From Deltaproteobacteria bacterium (GTDB lineage Bacteria > Myxococcota > JACRCW01): a stretch of DNA of 64,000 nt. A model generated the notes under the pieces. That model was not told where the DNA came from and ran no database searches. It saw only the letters and a program-made list of their open reading frames with translations. Of this stretch, positions 57,780-64,000 are shown one piece after another (position 1 is the stretch's first letter; every line of letters begins with the position of its first letter). The stretch is taken from the NCBI GenBank assembly GCA_016218805.1, contig JACRCW010000169.1, forward strand, positions 103,269-167,268, given 5' to 3'. Both the position numbers and the translations under genes were made by a program.

Positions 57780-58298
57780 TCACTGCTTGTCGACCAACTC
57801 GACATCCAGTTCGATCTCCACCTTGTCACCGACGAGCACGCCGCCCGTCTCCAGCGCCTGGTTCCACGTGAGCCCGAAGTCCTTCCGCTCCACGCTGGTG
57901 CGCGCGCTGAACATCGCCCGCCGGTTGCCCCACGGATCCTTGCCGAAGCCGCCCTCTACCTCCAGCGTCACGGGCCGGGTGACGCCGTGCATCGAGAGAC
58001 TCCCCGCCACCCGGTGGCCGTCCCCGTGCTTCTCCACGCGCGAGGATTCGAAGGTGATCGTCGGGAACTTCGCCACGTCGAAGAAGTCGGGCGACTTGAG
58101 GTGTCCGTCGCGCTGCTCCACGCCGGTGTCCACGCTGTCCGCGCGGATCTCCGCCTTCAGTCTGGAAGCGGTGAGGTCCTTCTCGTCGGCGGCGAGCGAA
58201 ACCGAGAACTCCTTGAAACGGCCCTTCACCCTGGCCACCACCATGTGGCGGACAGAGAAGGCGACGGATGAATGCGTGGGGTCGAGTTGCCAGGACAT
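57780..58298 (-). CDS. yceI: YceI family polyisoprenoid-binding protein
   Basis: WQLDPTHSSVAFSVRHM; RDGHLKSPDFFD; HGVTRPV; DPWGN; RKDFGLTWN; AAGGAG RBS. Confidence 0.95.
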   Translation of the reverse strand: MSWQLDPTHSSVAFSVRHMVVARVKGRFKEFSVSLAADEKDLTASRLKAEIRADSVDTGVEQRDGHLKSPDFFDVAKFPTITFESSRVEKHGDGHRVAGSLSMHGVTRPVTLEVEGGFGKDPWGNRRAMFSARTSVERKDFGLTWNQALETGGVLVGDKVEIELDVELVDKQ

Positions 58299-58499
58299 GA
58301 ACGGTCTCCTTGAACGAGGGGCCAGAGTGCCCCACCGGTCCCGACATTAAACGGACTGAAGTCCGATTAGCAAGTGAAACCGGGACCAGGCAGACAGGAT
58401 GCGGAGATCAGGCTCTGTGTCTGCGCGGCGGAATCGGAGGGTTGGATGGGTGGGTGGTGGGAACGAGAGCTGCTCGTACTGGCACCCGATCTGGTCGCC

Positions 58500-59090
58500 C
58501 TCCGTGGCCGGCGGCCCTCCCTTGCTCGTTGTCGTCGACGTCCAGGGCGGCCCGCTCAAGGATCCCCAGCACGCGCCGCGCGATGCACTGCGCGAGATCC
58601 CGCAGGTGCGCCTCATCGGGCGGTTGGAAGGGGTGGAGCGTACCTTCCGACGCGTACATGCCATCGACGACGCGGGCGTGGCAGTGCGGCATGAGCGTCA
58701 ACGCCGAGGAAGACCTGTGCAGTACCATCACGCCGCCGGTCCTGCCGCCGGGAACGCCGTACTCCTTCGCACGACGGGTGTAGCGGCCTGCGCACAGTCA
58801 ATGAACGCTTTCTGTACCGCGTTCGTCAGCTTTGGGCGGAACGCGAGTACGCCCCACGTTTCGAACGGCAGGGACAGCAAGTATTGCCGCGTGGGGACCT
58901 GGAGGAGCACTTTGTCGACGAGAGGCGCCGCGCAGTCCGCAATGGAGTCGGCCGCACGCGATGGACATGATTGACGTGTTTTGCATGAAAAACATATGAT
59001 TGTTTCATCAAGGCATATCTCGCACCTGAGACACCGGAGTCCCGCGCCGCCCAGGTAGCTCCGCCGCGCGTTGACGACGCCGTCAACCGC
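58500..59090 (-). mobile_element. Degraded IS91-family (rolling-circle, HUH) transposase remnant
   Basis: Zn-binding fragment RCEIC...FSCKTRQSCPS...LVDKVL..VPTRQYLLSLPFE, and in another frame PHCHARVVDGMY...IARRVLGILER (HUH region). Frameshifted and truncated. Confidence 0.75.
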
Positions 59091-59180
59091 AACACCGCCG
59101 TCACCCTGCGTTGCCCCCAGACGACACCCGGCCGCCACCCGTCGCCCTGAGCGGCGCGGCCGTCCCGGCCTCCGGGGCGC

Positions 59181-60206
59181 TCACCCGGGTGCGCCGCGCA
59201 GGGCGGCGGCGGCGTCCTCCGGGGTCAGCGTGTTGATGCGCACGCCCGCCGCGTCCTCAAACGCGCCGGTGGGGTTGGTCACGGGCGCCACGTCCACGTA
59301 CCAATGGTGCCCCGCCTTCTCCGGCCCATCACCGCGCCACGGGGCGGTGCGCAGCCACATCCGGTAGGGCGGTGAGCCCAGCGCAAACGCCACGCGCTTG
59401 AGCCCATCCCGCAGGGCCTGGGCCAGCAGACCCAGCACGGCATCCGGGGCGTCCTCAAACGGGCCCGGGTGGTCCACCGGCGCCGCAATGATCTCCCCCG
59501 GCGCGCGCGCCGCAAACGGCGCAAACACCAGCGCGCCGCCAAAGTCCGCCACCAGGCGAGCCTGCTCCTGCCGCTCGTGCCGCAACACGTCACACAACGG
59601 GCAGCGGCCATGCGCCGCGCGGTACGCGGTGAACGCCGCCAGCTCATCCGCCACGACGGGCGGGATGAACGGCAGCGCAATGAGTTGGCTGTGCGGGTGC
59701 GCCTGGGTGGCCCCCGCCTCCACGCCGCGGTGGCGGAAGATGACGCCGCACTGCAGGCGGTCATCCCGGCGCAGATCCGCCAGCCGCGCGCGCCAGGTCA
59801 GCAGCACGTCCATGACGCGGGCCACGGGCATGTTCCCAAAGTCCGCGTTGCGGTCCGGGTCCTCAATGATGACTTCGTGCGCGCCGGCGCCGCCCATGGC
59901 GTCTGAGGGCCCCTGGGCCCACCCCAACGCGGCGTGCTCCACGCGCAACGCCGGGTACAGGTTGGGCACCACGCGCACGCGCCACCCGGGCCCGTTGGGC
60001 AAGCTTTCCGGCGCGCGCAGCGCAAACACCTCGGGCGGCGTCATGATTTCGTTGCCCTCGGCAAACGGACCGGGCACGTCATCATCCAGCAGGGGGTGGG
60101 TCACGGGCGGTTGCGGACGCGCCGCGCGCCCGGGAGCCAGGATCACCCAGCCGGGCCGGAACGGATCGCGTCGCAACTCGCTCTGCTGGGGGTGCACTGC
60201 GCGCAT
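59181..60206 (-). CDS. galT: Galactose-1-phosphate uridylyltransferase family protein
   Basis: SELRRDP...WVILAPGRAARP; PFAEGNE; VRVVPNLYPAL; GAHEVIIE; HPHSQLIA; CPLCD. Confidence 0.9.
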   Translation of the reverse strand: MRAVHPQQSELRRDPFRPGWVILAPGRAARPQPPVTHPLLDDDVPGPFAEGNEIMTPPEVFALRAPESLPNGPGWRVRVVPNLYPALRVEHAALGWAQGPSDAMGGAGAHEVIIEDPDRNADFGNMPVARVMDVLLTWRARLADLRRDDRLQCGVIFRHRGVEAGATQAHPHSQLIALPFIPPVVADELAAFTAYRAAHGRCPLCDVLRHERQEQARLVADFGGALVFAPFAARAPGEIIAAPVDHPGPFEDAPDAVLGLLAQALRDGLKRVAFALGSPPYRMWLRTAPWRGDGPEKAGHHWYVDVAPVTNPTGAFEDAAGVRINTLTPEDAAAALRGAPG

Positions 60207-60210
60207 CTGC

Positions 60211-62478
60211 TCACTCCCCACTGCAACCACACTGCATCATGGGCCCCAGCACGTTGGGTTGCGGCGCCAGCGCCGCCACGGCGCCTTCCGTCTCCGGGGA
60301 TTTCCCGTCAAACCGGGACACAATGGCCTTGCGCGCGGCGGCTGCGTCCGCCGCCGCCACCAACCCGTACACGGACGCGCCGTAGTCCGGCAGGTGCACC
60401 CACACCAGCCCGCGCTTGCCCGCGGGAGGCCACGGCGCATCCCGGGCGGACACCATCAGCTTGCCCAGTTCCAGCCCGGGCGCATTGTTGCGCTCCACCT
60501 GCAGCGTGATGGGCAGCGCGTACGCAAACAGCTTCTGCGCGCGCAGTTTCCCGTCGGTGGGGCCGGTCACCTCGGCGCGCAGCCAGGGCCCGTAGGGGAA
60601 CGCCTCGCGCAGGCGGCCCAGTTCCTTGTCATGCTCCGCGGCCCACTTCTGGTGGCGCTTCTGCGCGGCGTCATACGTCTTGGTGGCCTTCTGCCAGGAC
60701 GCAATGGCCGCGGCCAGCCGCTCCGCATTGGGGTCTTCGCGCGGCTTCCGGGGCGCGCACGGCGGGCAGCGCCCCACGGGGTCCACGCGCTCCAGGCACG
60801 CGTCCGGCGTGTCACCACCCGCCGCGCCGCCTTCCCAGGACCACACCACCCGGTCCAGCTGCCCGCGGCACCCGTACGCCAGCCGCAGCTCCGCCAGCGT
60901 TCCCAGGCCCAGGTTGCGCAACGCCACCGCGGTGAACGCCGCCGTCGCATACTGCCGTTCGTCCGCGGCCAGCTTCACCAGCCGCTTGAGGAGCGCCGCG
61001 TCGGTGGGCAGCAGGATCACCGCGCGCGCCAGGCGCTTGACCGCGTCCAGGCGCTTGCCGGCCTTCTCCAGCGCGGCCGCTTCCTTCACCAACGCGTCGG
61101 CGGAGACCGCCGCAAACACCAGAAACCCGGTGGACACCCAGCCCTCCACCACGTCCGCGCCGTTGGCCGCGGCGCCGGACGGCACGGGGGCGGGCGCAGC
61201 GGCGGACTGGCTGCCCAGCTCCAGGATGGCGGATGAGGCCACGTCCGCGCGGCCGGCGCTGCGCGTCCACGCCACGCGCGCCCAGGTCCCCTCAATGGCC
61301 AGCACCTTGACGCCGGTGTTGACCCGCAGTTCCGCCAACACGCGCGAACCCGTGTCTGGCCGCTCCCGCAGCCGCAGGCGCGTGGCGGCCACAAACACCA
61401 CGCTGCCCACCGTGGGTGGCGGCGCGGCGGCCTCAGTGGCCGCGGGCGCGGGTGCCTCGCCCTCGTCTGCGCGGCGGGGCTCCTCCACCTTGCGGATGTC
61501 TTTAAGGCGCGCGCGCACGCGCCGCGCCCGGCGCTCATTGGCCTCCGCGTCGTAGATGGCGCCCAGCAGTTCCAGCGGTTCACGCTGCAGCGGGCTGAGC
61601 GCAGCAGCGCGCTCCCCGTCAATGGCCGCCCCCACCAGGTCCGCATTGCCCAGCGCCGCGCGCGCGGCCTGCAGCGTCAGGTCAAACGACGGCGCCGTGG
61701 AGGCCAGCACGTCCTCGGCAATGAACCCGCCCACGCCCTGCCCGCCGGAGACCACCGCCCAGAAGTTGCCGGCCTTGGTGTGCAACGGCGTGTCGGTGAC
61801 AATGAGCTCGGTGCCAATGGGCAGCCGTTCGCGCACCGCACCGGTGGCATCCGCCTTCTCAAACCGCAGCGCCTCCAGCACGCTGACAAACTTGCGCGCG
61901 CACCCGGGCGGCACTCCGGGGTCCCGGTTCGCCGCCACGGGAGCGGGGGCGGCGGTCCCGGCGTCCGCCACGGCAACGGGCGCCGCCGTCTCATCGTGTG
62001 CGCCAACCTCGAACAGCTCACCCACCGCCACCGGGAGGCGGTCCAGCAGCGTGTCCTCGTTGAGGCCGGCAATGCGCTGCATGCTGCGCCCGACGATGGT
62101 GGCGTCCCGCGCGCGGATGCGCGACAGCGTGAGCAGGTAGCTCGCGCCGAACTTGCCCAGGTTGCCCATGATGATCTCGTCGGCATTCAGCGCACCGGCC
62201 AGCTCCACGGCGCAACTCACCGAGTCACACCCGGCCGCCTGCTTGAGCTGCTCCTGGCTCATGAGGCCTTCCACCTCCGCGATGGAGATGGCGCGGACAC
62301 CCTTCACCTTGCTGACGTGGTTGGTGATGGCCGCCGACGTGAGGTCCGCCAGGTCCTGGTTCACGCCGGCCTTGGCGGCCACGGGCAGCACCATCACGCT
62401 GGTGGCCTTGGGCGCCCCGGCGGCGAGGCCCGCAACGGCCACCGCTCCCACGACGGCAGAAGACCACCCGGCGCGCAT
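60211..62478 (-). CDS. Secreted multidomain protein: CsgG/TolB-N-like, SH3b, TPR, SH3b, TPR, unknown C-terminal domain
   Basis: Signal peptide; KQAAGCDSVSCAVELAGAL; FVAATRLRLRERPDTGS..L.VNT..V....GTWARV...GWV; ends MQCGCSGE 4 nt before the galT start. Confidence 0.75.
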   Translation of the reverse strand: MRAGWSSAVVGAVAVAGLAAGAPKATSVMVLPVAAKAGVNQDLADLTSAAITNHVSKVKGVRAISIAEVEGLMSQEQLKQAAGCDSVSCAVELAGALNADEIIMGNLGKFGASYLLTLSRIRARDATIVGRSMQRIAGLNEDTLLDRLPVAVGELFEVGAHDETAAPVAVADAGTAAPAPVAANRDPGVPPGCARKFVSVLEALRFEKADATGAVRERLPIGTELIVTDTPLHTKAGNFWAVVSGGQGVGGFIAEDVLASTAPSFDLTLQAARAALGNADLVGAAIDGERAAALSPLQREPLELLGAIYDAEANERRARRVRARLKDIRKVEEPRRADEGEAPAPAATEAAAPPPTVGSVVFVAATRLRLRERPDTGSRVLAELRVNTGVKVLAIEGTWARVAWTRSAGRADVASSAILELGSQSAAAPAPVPSGAAANGADVVEGWVSTGFLVFAAVSADALVKEAAALEKAGKRLDAVKRLARAVILLPTDAALLKRLVKLAADERQYATAAFTAVALRNLGLGTLAELRLAYGCRGQLDRVVWSWEGGAAGGDTPDACLERVDPVGRCPPCAPRKPREDPNAERLAAAIASWQKATKTYDAAQKRHQKWAAEHDKELGRLREAFPYGPWLRAEVTGPTDGKLRAQKLFAYALPITLQVERNNAPGLELGKLMVSARDAPWPPAGKRGLVWVHLPDYGASVYGLVAAADAAAARKAIVSRFDGKSPETEGAVAALAPQPNVLGPMMQCGCSGE

Positions 62479-62525
62479 GAGGGCGCACACAAACCCGGGC
62501 GCCCGCACGCGGTCAAGCGGCGTTG

Positions 62526-63998
62526 TCAGTGCCGGAGTTCCACAATGAAGGGCTGGTGCAGCAACGTCTCCGGAGTGCTCCCGCCGACGTCCACCTCGCG
62601 GGTTTCCGCGGCGCCCAGCAGGGCCCGGCCACCGCGGACGCTGACGGCTGACGTGGTGTAGCTGGCGGCGGCGTCCACCTGGTGCAGCAGGGGCCCGGCC
62701 GCCGTGGCCGTACCATCCGCGAACGCCAGGGCGGGTCCGGCGTATCCAGTGCGCACCAGCCGGTGCAGGCCCGCCGCCTCCCCCAGCGGGAGTGCCGCGG
62801 CCTGGTCCGTCCACAGGTTGTCCACGCGCGTCCACGGCGTGGCGTCAGCCGGCCGGTAACGCAGGAGCGCCGCGCCGTTGGCCGCGCTGCAGGAGCCACC
62901 GATGCGGACCTCGTCAGCCAGCACCAGGGGGAGGCCCCTGACGGCGCCGCAGCCCGCCGGTGAGATGTAGACCTGGGCGCTGGAGCCCGCCGCCGCGCGC
63001 TGCCCGCGGAATGCGTCTGCGGGCGTGCTGGGCACGTCCATCACGTAGGGTTCGCCGCCCACGTAACCCACGGTCACCAGGTGGTTCACCAGCGTGAGCA
63101 GCGGGTTTTCCCCCAGCCGCGACCACGTCCCTGCCGCGGAGCGTTCAAACGCGCTCACCTCCCAGTCCGCCGAGCCGAAGCAGCTGAAGCCCGTCACGGT
63201 GGCCACCGCCACCAACAGCCGCCCGTCGCTGGAGGCGGCCGCACGCACCTGGCACGCCCTGCGGTCAGTGACCGTGGTGGGATCCCAGATGGACTCCACG
63301 GCGCCGGGCTCCCCGGCGGGACCGCGGAACAGCGCGTGCACCTCACACCTGCGCCCCCCGCCCAGGTGGTCATCCGCGGGACAGGCGTCCGCTCCCAGAA
63401 TGCCGGCCATGACCACCACCGGCTGGCTGCCCAGCGCCGCCACGTCAGCCGCAAAGCTCCCGTCCGCCAGCAACGTGTGCCACTCCACGCCGGCGTGCCG
63501 GCCCCACAGCACCCACTTCTGCGAGGTGATGGTGTTCTGCTCGCGGGTTTCCTCATGCAGGAGCACCACGGGCTCCTCCGCCGCGGTGAGGGCCACGGCC
63601 ATCACGCGCCGCTCATGGGACACCGGGTCCAACGGCGCGATCAGGGTGTCCACCGCGTACTCCCCCAGGCAGTGGCCGCCCCCCAGGTCCACGCATTCGC
63701 CGAGTGCGCAGTCGCCACCGTTGCCACACGCCGCGCCGTACGCGGCCGCGCACTGGGAGGCCGCGCTGCATGTCCGCCCGGCACCGCAGGCCCCACCCGG
63801 GTCCGTACCGACGAGCACGGGGGCACACGCGGCGCCGTAGCAGGCGCTGCATTCGCCGGCGCAGTCTTCCCGCGGGTCTTCCCCGTCGTGCACCGGACTG
63901 CAGCGCCCTGCCCCGTCCATGCCGCGCGCACAGCTCAGGCAGGTCCCGGTGCACGCGGTGTCACAGCACGCACCATCCACGCAGAATCCGCTCTGGCA
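62526..63998 (-). CDS. Cys-rich secreted protein with a beta-propeller-like C-terminal region (5' end beyond the window)
   Basis: CQSGFCVDGACCDTACTGTCLSC myxobacterial-type Cys-rich module; frame open to the window edge. Confidence 0.7.
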   Translation of the reverse strand, partial: CQSGFCVDGACCDTACTGTCLSCARGMDGAGRCSPVHDGEDPREDCAGECSACYGAACAPVLVGTDPGGACGAGRTCSAASQCAAAYGAACGNGGDCALGECVDLGGGHCLGEYAVDTLIAPLDPVSHERRVMAVALTAAEEPVVLLHEETREQNTITSQKWVLWGRHAGVEWHTLLADGSFAADVAALGSQPVVVMAGILGADACPADDHLGGGRRCEVHALFRGPAGEPGAVESIWDPTTVTDRRACQVRAAASSDGRLLVAVATVTGFSCFGSADWEVSAFERSAAGTWSRLGENPLLTLVNHLVTVGYVGGEPYVMDVPSTPADAFRGQRAAAGSSAQVYISPAGCGAVRGLPLVLADEVRIGGSCSAANGAALLRYRPADATPWTRVDNLWTDQAAALPLGEAAGLHRLVRTGYAGPALAFADGTATAAGPLLHQVDAAASYTTSAVSVRGGRALLGAAETREVDVGGSTPETLLHQPFIVELRH

Positions 63999-64000
63999 CT

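Noticed and set aside
58399-58974. 191-aa + strand ORF inside the islet
   Set aside because: It is the antisense shadow of the IS91-type transposase remnant and has no independent motif.

Overview
High-GC (roughly 70%) bacterial chromosome segment. The gene content suggests Myxococcota/deltaproteobacteria (inference): Cys-rich and DAG-repeat lipoproteins, CsgG/TolB-N-like membrane proteins, a winged-helix/J-domain/TPR protein beside an extra Hsp70, and DivIVA in a diderm. Recognisable core genes are a fadD-like acyl-CoA ligase, lysS-lolC/E-lolD, yaiI, an isolated nuoG-nuoH pair, an ArsA-like ATPase, a sensor kinase, J-protein-Hsp70-divIVA-yggU, epimerase/GT2/asnB, beta-carbonic anhydrase-sulP, lipA, acyltransferase 3, tRNA-Leu(TAG)-tig-clpP, yceI and galT. 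No CRISPR array, rRNA or intact mobile element was seen. Best leads: (1) at 0.5-4.0 kb, an Rpn nuclease with a perfect internal Shine-Dalgarno site for a nested antitoxin, followed by a decayed rpn copy and a putative ADP-ribosyltransferase-like effector/immunity pair; (2) a ~1.7 kb islet (yceI, a truncated dioxygenase, IS91-type transposase relics) bounded by a duplicated galT 3' end; (3) an Hsp70 carrying Ala at the DnaK T199-equivalent position, in a J-protein/DivIVA/YggU module; (4) a perfect AT-rich 27-bp palindrome upstream of nuoG; (5) strong TCG/CGA avoidance in host codon choice that the islet lacks. All family calls come from motif recognition by eye, not database searches.
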